Positions 19,685-29,649 of a stretch of 64,000 nt of DNA are shown here, piece by piece (positions within the stretch are counted from its first letter, which is position 1; each line of letters opens with the position of its first letter). The translations under genes and the position numbers were made by a program. The DNA comes from an uncultured Chloroflexia bacterium (lineage in GTDB: Bacteria; Chloroflexota; Limnocylindria; Limnocylindrales; CSP1-4), in NCBI GenBank assembly GCA_963813335.1, contig CAWEYL010000001.1:768001-832000 (forward strand), in the 5' to 3' direction. Under the pieces are notes generated by a model that had not been told where the DNA came from, did no database searches, and was given only the letters and a program-made list of their open reading frames with translations.

Positions 19685-20509
19685 TCAGCTCGCCCGACAC
19701 GCCAGGTACGCGTACAGCGGCAGGTCGAGCGCGATGTGCCACAGCATCGGCAGCAGCAGCGAGCGGGTCCGCAGCGTGATGACGCCCGCGATGAAGCCGC
19801 CGAGGCCGAGCGCCGCCATCAGCACGATCGGCGAGCCGCCGACGTCGGGGCCGCCGTGCGCCAGCCCGAACACGACGGCCTGGGCGATCAACGCTGCGTA
19901 GCTGCCGGTGACCCGTCCCGTCCATGACATGAGCGCGCCGCGGTAGGCCAGCTCCTCGGACGCGCCGTTCGCGATCGCGAACACCAGTGCCGGGATCAGG
20001 AACCACAGGTTCCCGAGCTCGAGCGAGAACGTCCCGAAGAACGGCCGCGCCAGCAGGGAACCGACGAGCAGCCCGATCGGCCCGAGCACGATCGCCCCCA
20101 CGACCGCCCAGCGCACGACCGACCGCGACGGCCATCGGAGCCCCAGGTCCCTCCCCTTCGCGCGCAGGACGACCGCGAGGACGGCCAGCACGCCGATGAC
20201 GAGCACGCCCTCGGCCAGCCGCCAGACTGCCGGCGGCGACCCGAACGACGTGCAGTCGCCGCCTCCCGGGTCAGCGACCGGCGGCGGCAGGAGCCCCCAG
20301 GTGAGCCCGACGGCGACCGGGATCGGCGCTGCCCAGGCCCAGCGGACCGGTGCATCGCGGCGCACCGCGACCACGGTCCCGCCGACGAGCACGGCCAGCA
20401 CGAACGGGCGCGTCTCGCGCACGGCCGCCGCGAGGACGATCAGCGCGAGCGGGACGAACGAGCGGGCGAACTCGGCCGGGTCCGCTGGCAGTGCGCGCAG
20501 GCTCCGCAC
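19685..20509 (-). CDS. CPBP family intramembrane glutamic endopeptidase (CAAX/Abi)
   Basis: SEELAYRG, FGLAH, WHIALD motifs; hydrophobic. Confidence 0.9.
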   Translation of the reverse strand: MRSLRALPADPAEFARSFVPLALIVLAAAVRETRPFVLAVLVGGTVVAVRRDAPVRWAWAAPIPVAVGLTWGLLPPPVADPGGGDCTSFGSPPAVWRLAEGVLVIGVLAVLAVVLRAKGRDLGLRWPSRSVVRWAVVGAIVLGPIGLLVGSLLARPFFGTFSLELGNLWFLIPALVFAIANGASEELAYRGALMSWTGRVTGSYAALIAQAVVFGLAHGGPDVGGSPIVLMAALGLGGFIAGVITLRTRSLLLPMLWHIALDLPLYAYLACRAS

Positions 20510-20528
20510 GGGTCCCCTTCCCTGCTCC
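20507..20528 (-). repeat. 22-bp inverted repeat copy 2 (SD plus GTG start of the CPBP gene)
   Basis: Reverse complement of 12133-12154. Confidence 0.9.
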
Positions 20529-20559
20529 GGGCGAGCGTCTCCGGGTCATCGCGCGCACG

Positions 20560-20648
20560 AAAACGCCCGAAGGAACCGCCGATCAACAGTCGACCCCACC
20601 AATGCAAGCACCGGCGACATCGCTCGTTGTTCAGGGCCCCTTCGGGCA
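20560..20648 (-). ncRNA. candidate small RNA or cis-regulatory leader: 83-nt long hairpin with G(CUUG)C tetraloop and U-tract
   Basis: 13-bp closing stem GCCCGAAGGGGCC/GGUUCCUUCGGGC, inner stems with G-U pairs, GUUUU tail, -10 TATCGT at 20660-20655 just upstream of the stem. Confidence 0.6.
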
Positions 20649-20689
20649 AGACCTACGATACCCGGGCGGACCGGCCGACTGGAAGGGTG

Positions 20690-20751
20690 TTATCCACGAG
20701 TTTGCGAGTTGCTGCCGCCTATCCGCGATGGTTATCCACACGCTGTCCACG
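20690..20751 (+). promoter_or_regulatory. cluster of DnaA-box-like 9-mers
   Basis: TTATCCACA (20732-20740, consensus), TTATCCACG (20690), CTGTCCACG (20743), weak CTATCCGCG (20719); all on one strand. Confidence 0.6.
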
Positions 20752-20759
20752 ACGGGCGC

Positions 20760-21713
20760 CTAGACGTTGCTCCCGGTGATGATCAGGAGCGCGGCGCCAC
20801 CCGTCACGGGGCGCTGCAGGGCGGCCGCCCATGACGCCGCCGCGGCCCCTTCGACGGTGATCCCGAGCTCGCTGGTCAGCTCGGCCTGCGCCTCGTGCAG
20901 CGCCGCCTCGGAGACCAGCAGCATCTCGTCGACGCGGCCGGCCATCAGCTCGACGGACTGCGGCACGGCGACCCGGGCGGCGATCCCGTCCGCGTAGGTC
21001 GTCACGCTGGGCGTGTCGATGGCCCGGCCGGCCCGCCAGCTGAGGGTCATCGCGGGCGCCCCTTCGGCCTGCACGCCGACGACGGCGCAGCCGGGCGCCG
21101 CCTCCTTGAGCCACGCCCCGACGCCGTTGATCAGCGCACCGTTGCCGACCGGCACGAACGCGGCGGCCACCTCGGGGAGGCGTCCCGTGGCGACCGCATC
21201 GGTCACCTCGAGCGCCATCGTGGCGGCGCCGGCCGAGATCGAGGGGTCCTCGCCGTCGACCAGGAACTCGCCGCCATGCTCGGCGGCGTAGGCGCGGGCC
21301 GCGGCCACCGCCGCATCGAAGTCCTCGCCGACCTGGTGGACCGTGGCGCCGAGGGTCCGCATCCGGACGATCTTGCCCGGGTTCGCGTGCAGCGACGCGA
21401 AGACCACGGTCGAGACGCCGACGTAGCGCGCGGCATACGGGATCCCCTGCCCGAAGTTGCCGGCCGAAGCCACCACGATGGGCCGGTCCGGGCCGATCCT
21501 CCCCTGCCCTGCCAGGCGGTGCACGGCGACCCACGTCCCGCGGCCCTTGAACGAGCGGATGGGGTTGTCGGTCTCGACTTTGACGACGACGGGCGACCCG
21601 AGCCGCGCCGAGAGCCCCGGGTGCACGTACTGCGGCGACCCGGTGAACGCCGGGTCGATCTCCGGGTGGACCGCCCGGATGGCGTCGGCCTCGAGCTCGG
21701 GGACGCGGATCAT
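20760..21713 (-). CDS. PLP-dependent threonine/serine dehydratase-like enzyme (fold type II)
   Basis: SFKGRG PLP lysine, ASAGNFG, VPVGNGALING, IITGSN. Confidence 0.9.
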   Translation of the reverse strand: MIRVPELEADAIRAVHPEIDPAFTGSPQYVHPGLSARLGSPVVVKVETDNPIRSFKGRGTWVAVHRLAGQGRIGPDRPIVVASAGNFGQGIPYAARYVGVSTVVFASLHANPGKIVRMRTLGATVHQVGEDFDAAVAAARAYAAEHGGEFLVDGEDPSISAGAATMALEVTDAVATGRLPEVAAAFVPVGNGALINGVGAWLKEAAPGCAVVGVQAEGAPAMTLSWRAGRAIDTPSVTTYADGIAARVAVPQSVELMAGRVDEMLLVSEAALHEAQAELTSELGITVEGAAAASWAAALQRPVTGGAALLIITGSNV

Positions 21714-22372
21714 GGTTCCTCCAAGGTATTCGGCTCGTGATCGGTCTGGCGCCACCGGTCGGCGAGGACCTGAACGGGGATGATCAGCAGCCAGCTCAGC
21801 TCGACGCCCGGCGGCCCGATCAATGGCAGCAGCACGAGCGACGGCAGCATCACGATCGGGACGGCCATGCCGCGAAGGCTGGACGACCGGACGTGATGTC
21901 GCGACAGGCCCGGCACCGTGAGGCCCGCGCGGTCGGCGTACAGCCACGACACGGTCCCCATGATCCCGGCCGCTGAGAGCGTCACGGCGTAGAAGACGAC
22001 GGCGGCCGCGGTATCGCCGTACTCACCGATGACGCCGGTCGGGAACGGGATCAGGGCGACGAAGCCAAGGAGCAGGAGGTTGATGGTGGCCAACCGGAAG
22101 TCGATCCGCTCGACGACCTGGTAGCGGCGCCAGTGGGCCAGCCAGTAGGTGCCGATCGTGAGGAAGCTGAGGGCGTATGCGAACAGGCGCGGGGCCTGCG
22201 CCTGCAAGGCCCGCAGCACGTCATCGCTCGTCGCATGCTCGCCGAGATCCGGGAGCCGGAGCTCGATCACCAGCAGCGTGATGGCGATCGCAAAGACGGC
22301 ATCCGAGAAGAAGAGGACCCGCTCGAATGCGAGTCCATCGCCGACGGACTCACGTGACGACCGCGATCGCAC
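21710..22372 (-). CDS. TMEM175 family (DUF1211) potassium-channel-like membrane protein
   Basis: ERVLFFSDAVFAIAITLL signature; LIPFPT. Confidence 0.9.
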   Translation of the reverse strand: MRSRSSRESVGDGLAFERVLFFSDAVFAIAITLLVIELRLPDLGEHATSDDVLRALQAQAPRLFAYALSFLTIGTYWLAHWRRYQVVERIDFRLATINLLLLGFVALIPFPTGVIGEYGDTAAAVVFYAVTLSAAGIMGTVSWLYADRAGLTVPGLSRHHVRSSSLRGMAVPIVMLPSLVLLPLIGPPGVELSWLLIIPVQVLADRWRQTDHEPNTLEEP

Positions 22373-22373
22373 G

Positions 22374-22907
22374 TCAGGCCTCGAGCGGGTCGACGCGCTC
22401 GTCGTGGAGCTGCGGGACGCCGTCGGCGTCGATGGCCACCACGACCAGCGGGATCGGGCTGGCGCCGTCGACGATCGACACGCGGGCCGCGCCGTCGATG
22501 ACGACCATCCGCAGCGGCGCGCCCCGATCCGAGCTCGTCTCCTGCCACGCGGCGGCCGCGGCGGCGATGACCGACTCGTCGATGAGCACCGGGCCGTCGG
22601 GGTCGAACGCCACGCCCGTGATGTGCTGGATGCCGTCGCGGTCGACCCGGTTGCCGTGGAGCGTGCCGTCCGGCTCGGGGTGGAGCGTCAGGAGCACGCC
22701 GCCCGTCGACAGCTCGAGGTGGCTGAAGCGGCGGTCCGGGCCGGTCTCGAGCAGCAGCGAGTGGACGATCGCCCCGTCGCGGGTCACGACCTCGCGCCAG
22801 CGCCGGCCGCGCCGGCCCTCGGACATCGTCCAGACCACGGTGCGGTCGCCCCAGCGGCCGCTCCCGGCCAGCCGGCGTGGCGCCGTCGTCGCTCGTGGCC
22901 CGGTCAT
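22374..22907 (-). CDS. hypothetical protein coupled to hflX
   Basis: ATGA overlap with the hflX stop; host-like codon usage. Confidence 0.65.
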   Translation of the reverse strand: MTGPRATTAPRRLAGSGRWGDRTVVWTMSEGRRGRRWREVVTRDGAIVHSLLLETGPDRRFSHLELSTGGVLLTLHPEPDGTLHGNRVDRDGIQHITGVAFDPDGPVLIDESVIAAAAAAWQETSSDRGAPLRMVVIDGAARVSIVDGASPIPLVVVAIDADGVPQLHDERVDPLEA

Positions 22908-24226
22908 CGGTCTGCGGCGACCGCCGCCGCTTCCGCCACCGCCCCGGTCCAGGCGTCGGCCACGGCGAGCAGCTCCCCGGCCAGCGACGGCGCGACCCGT
23001 CCGACGATGCGGACGTCGCGCTCGCGGTACTCGACCTCGACGGTCCCGCGCTCGCGGACGCGCGCCAGCAGCTCGCCGGCCGTGTACGGCAGCGTGACGT
23101 CGATATCGACCCAGAGCGACGCCAGCAGCGCCGCGGTGGCCGCCCGGAGCGTCTCCATGCCGTAGCCGGTCATGGCCGAGACGAACACGGCGCCCGCGAT
23201 CGACGGCGCCGGCGTCGCGCCGTCGGCCGAGCGGTCGAGCAGGTCGACCTTGTTGAAGGCCACGAGGCGCGGCTTCTCCCCCGCCCCGAGCTCGTCGAGG
23301 ACGGTCTGGACGGTCGCGCGGTGCTCGTCCTTGTGCGGGTCCGACGCGTCGACCACCTCGATCAGCACGTCCGCGCGGTTGACCTCCTCGAGCGTCGCCC
23401 GGAACGCGTCGACCAGCTGGTGCGGGAGCTTGTGGATGAACCCGACGGTGTCGGTGACGATCGCCGTCTGGCCGTCGCCGAGCTTGACCTGACGGCTCGT
23501 CGGGTCGAGCGTCGCGAAGAGCTTGTCCTCGGCCAGCGCCACCTCCGAGCCGACGAGCGAGTTCAGCAGCGTTGACTTGCCGGCATTCGTGTAACCGACG
23601 ATGCCGACGGTCGGCCACAGGCGGCGGTCCCGGCCGCGAGCCGCCGTCTCGCGCTGCTGGCGGACCTGCTCCACGCGCTCCTTCATCTTCGCGATGCGCG
23701 TGCGGATGATCCGGCGGTCGGTCTCCAGCTGGCTCTCGCCGGGACCGCGGGAGCCGATGCCGCCCTGGGTGCGCGAGAGGTGGGTCCACATCCGGGTCAG
23801 GCGCGGCAGCTGGTACTCGAGCTGGGCCAGCTCCACCTGGAGCCGGCCCTCGTGGGTCTGGGCATGCAGCGCGAAGATGTCGAGGATCAGCCGGCTGCGG
23901 TCGATGACCTTGACCTTGAGGTGCTCCTCGAGCGCGCGCTGCTGGGCCGGCGAGAGCTCGTCGTCGGCGACGAGCAGGTCGAAGTCGGTCTCGCGCTTGG
24001 CGGCGACGAGGTCGTCGGCCTTGCCCTTGCCCACGTACCAGTTGGGGTCGATGTGACGGCGGTTCTGCCACTCGGCGCCCACGACGTCGGCGCCCGCCGT
24101 CGTCGCCAGGTTGGCGAGCTCGGCGAGCGACTCCTCCGCGGTCCAGCCGTCGTCCCCGCCGGTGTCGACCGCGACGAGGAACGCCTTCTCGACGGGCGTG
24201 CTGAGGTCGATCAGGTCCTTGGGCAT
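22904..24226 (-). CDS. hflX: GTPase HflX
   Basis: [48 protein letters not shown]. Confidence 0.97.
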   Translation of the reverse strand: MPKDLIDLSTPVEKAFLVAVDTGGDDGWTAEESLAELANLATTAGADVVGAEWQNRRHIDPNWYVGKGKADDLVAAKRETDFDLLVADDELSPAQQRALEEHLKVKVIDRSRLILDIFALHAQTHEGRLQVELAQLEYQLPRLTRMWTHLSRTQGGIGSRGPGESQLETDRRIIRTRIAKMKERVEQVRQQRETAARGRDRRLWPTVGIVGYTNAGKSTLLNSLVGSEVALAEDKLFATLDPTSRQVKLGDGQTAIVTDTVGFIHKLPHQLVDAFRATLEEVNRADVLIEVVDASDPHKDEHRATVQTVLDELGAGEKPRLVAFNKVDLLDRSADGATPAPSIAGAVFVSAMTGYGMETLRAATAALLASLWVDIDVTLPYTAGELLARVRERGTVEVEYRERDVRIVGRVAPSLAGELLAVADAWTGAVAEAAAVAADR

Positions 24227-24269
24227 CGCCGAAGGATAGTCGCTGGACGTCGCGGCGTACCGTTGGGGC

Positions 24270-24805
24270 GTGCTGAGGACGCGGTCACTGGGCCTCGGGA
24301 TCTGCCTGCTCGTGCTGGGATGCGGGAGCCCGCCTCCGTCATCCCTGCCCGGCGTGCCCGCGCATGCCGAGGTCCGCGATGGCCGGTTCGTGCTCACCTT
24401 CGACCTGCCCAAGGACACCTATTCGGCGGATGAGCCCATCGACGGCGCGGCGACCCTGGCCGTGGATGGCGGCGCGGCGGTGCCCTACGGCGCGTCGGGC
24501 CTGGGAGCCATCGGGTTCGGGTTCGCCGAGGTGAACGGGCCACGGGCGATGGGGCCCGCCTTCACCGCCGACTGCCGCGCCGGCGTGCTGGTCCCGGGGA
24601 CGCCGGTCACCTCGCCCATCACGAAGTCGGGCGGCTACACCGAGGACGACCCGCTGGCGCCCTTCTACCGGTCGTTCTTCGCCGACAAGGTGGTCCACCT
24701 GCCGCCGGGCGACTGGAAGATCACCGCGCTCGCGTCGTTCGTGGAGCAGCGCGACTGCGGCGGGGACGCGCACGACATGACCGCCACGGTCAACGTGCAC
24801 GTCAG
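24270..24805 (+). CDS. hypothetical lipoprotein; native stop apparently missing (runs into a convergent gene)
   Basis: [10 protein letters not shown] lipobox; globular domain to ...TATVNVHV, then reads antisense to the ABC permease. Confidence 0.65.
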
Positions 24806-25075
24806 GACCGGTTCGAGGCTCCCCTGCTGCCGCTCGCCGGCGACGGCGTACGCGGCGAGGACGGACGGCGCGAAGATCGGGATGGCGAGCATGTACAACA
24901 GGAGGTGCCACCCGCTCACGGTCGCGACGGACGCTCCCGATGACCGGAAGACCACGAACAGCGGCTGGATGAGGAAGACGAGGGGGAAGACCGCCGTCGC
25001 GACGAGGACGGAGCCGTGCCGCCGGTACTCGCGAAGCTCCTTGCGGGTGATGGCCAGCACCCGCCTCCGGCTCAT
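24800..25075 (-). pseudogene. ABC-2 type permease, N-terminal fragment truncated after [13 protein letters not shown]
   Basis: AITRKELRE, two TM helices, [13 protein letters not shown]; expected downstream TM helices absent. Confidence 0.75.
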
Positions 25076-26064
25076 CCCCTTCACGGCGCGGTCCTCCTCG
25101 TCGTCGATCAGCTCGAGGTAGACATCCTCGAGCGAGTGGCGTGACTCTTCGATCGCGAGGACATCCGCGCCAGCGGCCACCAAGGCCCGGGTGACGTGCG
25201 GCGCGGCGAGGGCGGGGTCCGAGACCGTGAGCACATAGACCGTCGGCCCATCCTCTCGCCACGAATTCGACACCGGGAAGGTGACCGAAGGACGCGGTCC
25301 GGCGTGTCGAGCGGCGCCACGGTCCTGACGGTGAGCGCCCGGGCGAACAGCTGGTCGCGAAGCTCCTCGGGCCGTCCGATCGAGCGCAGGGAGGTGTTCA
25401 GGATCGCGACGCGGTCGCAGAGGCGCTCCGCCTCCTCGAGACGATGGGTGGTCAGGAAGATCGTCACGCCGCGACGCCCGAGTCCCACGATCAGCTCGTG
25501 GACCTCCCGAGCCGCGACGGGGTCGAGACCCGCCGTGGGTTCATCGAGGAACAGCACCTCCGGTTCGCTGAGCAGCGCCCTGGCGAGGGCCGTCCGCTGA
25601 CGGAGCCCCTTGGAGAGCGTCCCGCACAGGTCATGCGCGCGGTCGGTCAGGCCCATCGCGCCAAGTGCGCCCTCGATGCGAACCTCTGGGTGGGCCACCT
25701 CGTACAGGTCGGCGAAGCATCGGAGGTTCTCGAGGACGCTCAGGCGGAGGTACAGGCCCGGAGACTCAGGCATGACCGCGATCCGTCGGCGGATCTCCAC
25801 GCCGTTCCCGGGCATCAACGCGATCCCGGCGACCGTTGCCGAGCCAGAGGTGGGGGCGATAAGCGTGCCCAGCGCGCGGACGGTGGTCGTCTTGCCCGCG
25901 CCGTTGGGCCCGAGGAACCCGAAGATCTCGCCGCGCGCCACGTCGAACGAGATGTCGTCGACCGCGAGGCGATCACCGAAGCGCTTCGAGAGGTTCCGCA
26001 CCGACAACGCGGGTGCGACACCGTCATTTCCCGGCAGCTGTCCGACGACCTCGCCGCTCATCAC
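25076..26064 (-). CDS. ABC transporter ATP-binding protein (CcmA/DrrA-like); frameshift near 25280
   Basis: GPNGAGKTT, LSKGLRQR, LFLDEPT, TTH; C-terminal SLEDVYLEL in the second frame. Confidence 0.9.
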
Positions 26065-26130
26065 GGCGGTAGCGTAGCGCGAAGACGCCGGATGCCCCGA
26101 CGGGCCGAACGGGGGCCCACGGCGCGACGG

Positions 26131-27099
26131 TCAACCGCCGAGGATGCGGGCGAGCGATCCGGCGGCGATGAGGTCCGAGGCGGCCAGCCGACGGTCGCGG
26201 TCGAGCCCGCGCGTCCGGGTCGGATCGGCATCGAGCCAGGTGATGTCCGGCTCCGACCGGAACCACGTCGCCTGGCGTTTCGCGAACGCGACGTTGCGGC
26301 GGATATCCTCCTCGAGGGCGTCCTCGAGCGTCGCGTCACCGTCGAGGACCGACCACGCTTCGCGGTAGCCGATCGCACTGAAGGCCGGGAGGCCGGGGTC
26401 GAAGCGCTCGCGGAGGGCCCGCGCCTCCTCGATGAGCCCGGCGTCGAACTGGGCGCGCGCCCGGGTCGCGATGCGCGCACGATGCGCCTCCGATCCGAGA
26501 CGGAGACCGATCCAGGCGACCGGGCCCGGGTAGCCGCGCGCTGGCGGGCGCGGCGCGTCGCCCTGCAGTTCGGCGATCTCGAGCGCGCGCACGACGCGCC
26601 GCGGGTTGCGCAGGTCTACGTCCGCGGCGAGTTCAGGCGCCAGTGCCTCGAGACGGAGGACGCTCGCCGCGAGGCCGTCGTGGGCCAGCGTTGACTCCAT
26701 ACGGGCGCGGACGGCCGGGTCGCTGGGCAGCGCGTCGGTGTCGATGCCCCGCGCGACGGCGCGCAGGTAGAAGCCAGTCCCGCCGGCGAGGATGGCGACC
26801 CCGTCTCGGGCGGCGAGGTCGTCAAGGACGCTGCGGGCGTGCCTGGCGAAGTCGGCGACGCTGAACGGCGCGTCCGGGTCGACGAGGTCCAGGCCGTGAT
26901 GCGGGACGCGGGCACGCTCCTCGGGGGTCGCCTTGGCCGTGCCGATGTCGAGGCCGCGGAACACCTGGCGGGAGTCCGCGGAGATGATCTCGGCGACGCG
27001 ACCGCGGGCAGCCAGCGCCTCGGCCAGCTCGATCGCGGCCGCGGTCTTGCCGGTCGCGGTGGCGCCGGCGATGACGACCAGCGGCGGGGCTCCGGTCAC
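26131..27099 (-). CDS. miaA: tRNA dimethylallyltransferase
   Basis: GATATGKT, ISADSRQV, DIGTAK, GGTGFY, AKRQATWF. Confidence 0.96.
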   Translation of the reverse strand: MTGAPPLVVIAGATATGKTAAAIELAEALAARGRVAEIISADSRQVFRGLDIGTAKATPEERARVPHHGLDLVDPDAPFSVADFARHARSVLDDLAARDGVAILAGGTGFYLRAVARGIDTDALPSDPAVRARMESTLAHDGLAASVLRLEALAPELAADVDLRNPRRVVRALEIAELQGDAPRPPARGYPGPVAWIGLRLGSEAHRARIATRARAQFDAGLIEEARALRERFDPGLPAFSAIGYREAWSVLDGDATLEDALEEDIRRNVAFAKRQATWFRSEPDITWLDADPTRTRGLDRDRRLAASDLIAAGSLARILGG

Positions 27100-28712
27100 G
27101 AGGCGACGACTGCGCCTCGCAGGGCATACGGGCCGGCGTGGTCGATGCGGACGGTGACGAGCCGCCCGACGAGATCGTCGCCGCCGCCGAGGTGGACCAG
27201 CTTGTTGCCGCGCGTCCGGCCGGTGAGGCCGGCCCGCGCACCCGCCCCGCCCGACTCGTGCTCGTGGGAGCGCGGCGCCCCGACCGCCTCGACCAGGACC
27301 TCCAGCTCGCGGCCGAGCCACGCCTGGTTGCGCTCGAGCCCGATCCCCTCCTGCAGCGCGAGCAGCTCGTTGAGGCGGCGGCGCTTGGTCTCGGGCGGGA
27401 CGTCGTCGGGGAGCCGGGTCGCGGGCGTGCCCGGGCGCGGCGAGTACGCGGCCGCGAAGACCTGGTCGTAGCGGACGGCCTCGAGGAGCCGCAGGGTGGC
27501 CTGGAACTGCTCCTCGGTCTCGCCGCAGAACCCGACGATGACATCGGTCGAGACGGTGATGCCGGGGACCGCCTCGCGGATCCGCGCCAGGCGCTCCTGG
27601 TAGTGGTCGATCGTGTACTGGCGGCCCATCCGCCGGAGCACCGCGTCGTCGCCCGACTGGACCGGCAGATGCAGGTGCTCGCAGATGCTCTCGCAGTCGG
27701 CGAGGGCCGCGATCAGCCGGTCCGAGAGGTCCCACGGGTGCGACGTCACGAAGCGCAGCCGCCCGATGGCCGGCCGCCCGTCCACGGTCCGCAGGCCGTC
27801 GATGGCGCGGAGGAGCTCGGCGAGGTCCGGTCGCCCGTGCAGGTCGAGCTGGCGGCCGGCCCAGCGCGCGTCGTCGACGTGGCCGAAGCGCGGGTCGGGC
27901 GCGAGGTCGTGGCCGTAGGAGTTGACGTTCTGGCCGAGCAGCGTGACCTCGTGATAGCCGGCGGCGGCGAGCGAGCGGGCCTCGGCCACGATCTCGTCGA
28001 ACGGGCGGCTGCGCTCCGGGCCGCGGCTGAATGGCACGATGCAGTACGTGCAGGTCTTGTCGCAGCCGTAGATGATCGGCAGCCAGGCGCTGATCGTCGA
28101 GCCGCGCGCGACCGTGCCGGCCCCGACCGCCGTCGCGCGCGTCGCCGCCAGGCCGTCCGCGACGCCGACGGTGGTCCGATGCACGACCGTCGTCCCACCC
28201 ACGGCGCCGATGGGCGCCTGCGCCGACGCCAGGCCGAGCCGGTCGACGAGCTCGGGCTCCTCGTCCGGCCGCAGGAACAGGTCGACGGCCGGGTAGCGGC
28301 GGCGGAGGCCGTCGCGCTCGGGCTCGCGGACCGCGCAGCCGGTGAGGACCACGCGCAGGCCCGGGTTGGCCTGCTTCAGCTTCCCGAGCTGGCCCTGCCG
28401 GCCGATGATCTTCTGCTCGGCGCCCTCACGGATCGCGCACGAGTTGATGACGATCAGGTCGGCGTCGTCGAAGCCGCTCGCTTCCGCGCAGCCCGCCTGG
28501 AGCAGGCGCCCGGCCATCTCCTCCGAGTCGCTCCGGTTCATCTGGCAGCCGAGCGTCCACAGGTGGAAGCGCGGCAGGGCCCGGCTCTCCGGCAGGTACT
28601 CGGCGAGCCGCTCGTCGTCGGGCGTGGCCGGGCGACGCGGGTCGGCAACCGTCGGCGGCGGCGCGATCTCGAGCATCGGCAGGGCACGGTCGAGCGTGCT
28701 TCGTTCGGTCAT
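27096..28712 (-). CDS. miaB: tRNA-2-methylthio-N6-dimethylallyladenosine synthase
   Basis: TLGCQMN, NSCAIRE, CDKTCTYC radical SAM motif, HLPVQSG, TRAM domain. Confidence 0.96.
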   Translation of the reverse strand: MTERSTLDRALPMLEIAPPPTVADPRRPATPDDERLAEYLPESRALPRFHLWTLGCQMNRSDSEEMAGRLLQAGCAEASGFDDADLIVINSCAIREGAEQKIIGRQGQLGKLKQANPGLRVVLTGCAVREPERDGLRRRYPAVDLFLRPDEEPELVDRLGLASAQAPIGAVGGTTVVHRTTVGVADGLAATRATAVGAGTVARGSTISAWLPIIYGCDKTCTYCIVPFSRGPERSRPFDEIVAEARSLAAAGYHEVTLLGQNVNSYGHDLAPDPRFGHVDDARWAGRQLDLHGRPDLAELLRAIDGLRTVDGRPAIGRLRFVTSHPWDLSDRLIAALADCESICEHLHLPVQSGDDAVLRRMGRQYTIDHYQERLARIREAVPGITVSTDVIVGFCGETEEQFQATLRLLEAVRYDQVFAAAYSPRPGTPATRLPDDVPPETKRRRLNELLALQEGIGLERNQAWLGRELEVLVEAVGAPRSHEHESGGAGARAGLTGRTRGNKLVHLGGGDDLVGRLVTVRIDHAGPYALRGAVVAS

Positions 28713-29647
28713 GGGCGTCCAGCCGACTGTACGCCGAGCGCGGCGCGCACGCCATCGGCCACTGACGGCGGGATCCACAGGTAGGCGTGGGCGTCGGCGT
28801 AGCTCCCGAGGTCGCCGTGGTAGTCGCTGCCGCCGGTCTGGACGAGGCCGAGCTCGGTCGCCACCTTGCGCACGGACTTCGTGGTGGCGGCGTCGAACGA
28901 GCGGTAGTGGACCTCGAGGCCGCGCAGGCCGCCGTCGACGAGCTCCTGGACGACCTCGATGCGGGCACGCGCCTCGCTGAAGTGGGCCAGTGCCGCGAAG
29001 CCCCCGGCCGCCCTGATGACGTCGATCGCCTCCTGCGGACCCAGGCCCTCGCGCTGGATGTACGCCGGGCAGCCGTGGCCGAGCAGCCGCCGGAAGGCGT
29101 CCTCGACGCTGCTCGCGTGGCCGGCGGCCATCAGCGCCCGCGCGATCGTCGGCCGGCCGAGCGCATCGTCGTCAACGGTCCGCAGCGCCTCGACCTGCGC
29201 GTCGATCGCGAGGCCGAGCTCGCGCAATCGCTCGACGGTGCGCTCGAAGCGGATGCGCCGCCGGTCCCGCTGCGCCAAGAGCGTGGCTTCGAAGGCGTCG
29301 TCGCCGGGGTCCATGCCGAACCCGAGGATGTGGAGCTCGCCCTCCCACAGCCCGAGGTCCCGGGTGACGAGCGCGTTGATCTCGACGCCCGGGACGAGCT
29401 CGAGGCCCGCCGGGACGGCCCCCGCCGCCACGACCTCGCGATAGCCGGCCAGCGTGTCGTGGTCGGTCAGGGCCATGAACGTCACGCCGACTGCCGCAGC
29501 GGCCGCGACCAGGTCGGCCGCGGCCATGACGCCGTCCGAGCGGGTCGTGTGCGTATGCAGGTCGACGGTCGAGGGGAACGGCGCCGGGCTGCGGCCCTGC
29601 CACGCCGCCAACGGGTCGTGGCGCCGCCGACGAGCGGGCGTCGCCAC
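28709..29647 (-). CDS. PHP domain protein (TrpH/YciV-like phosphoesterase)
   Basis: DLHTHTTRSDG, ALTDHD, LHILG, LAH, GGSDYHG. Confidence 0.92.
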   Translation of the reverse strand: MATPARRRRHDPLAAWQGRSPAPFPSTVDLHTHTTRSDGVMAAADLVAAAAAVGVTFMALTDHDTLAGYREVVAAGAVPAGLELVPGVEINALVTRDLGLWEGELHILGFGMDPGDDAFEATLLAQRDRRRIRFERTVERLRELGLAIDAQVEALRTVDDDALGRPTIARALMAAGHASSVEDAFRRLLGHGCPAYIQREGLGPQEAIDVIRAAGGFAALAHFSEARARIEVVQELVDGGLRGLEVHYRSFDAATTKSVRKVATELGLVQTGGSDYHGDLGSYADAHAYLWIPPSVADGVRAALGVQSAGRP

Positions 29648-29649
29648 CG

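Noticed and set aside
20560-20648. SRP (4.5S) RNA or tRNA
   Set aside because: No GGAA-capped domain IV with its conserved internal loops; no cloverleaf or T-loop
20690-20751. oriC
   Set aside because: Only a few boxes, no dnaA/dnaN, no AT-rich unwinding element, and dif/KOPS evidence points to the terminus
24665-25273. Genuine ABC ATPase-permease fusion
   Set aside because: A TGA and an SD-like GAAGGGG lie just before the permease ATG at 25075; the in-frame join is more likely an indel artefact
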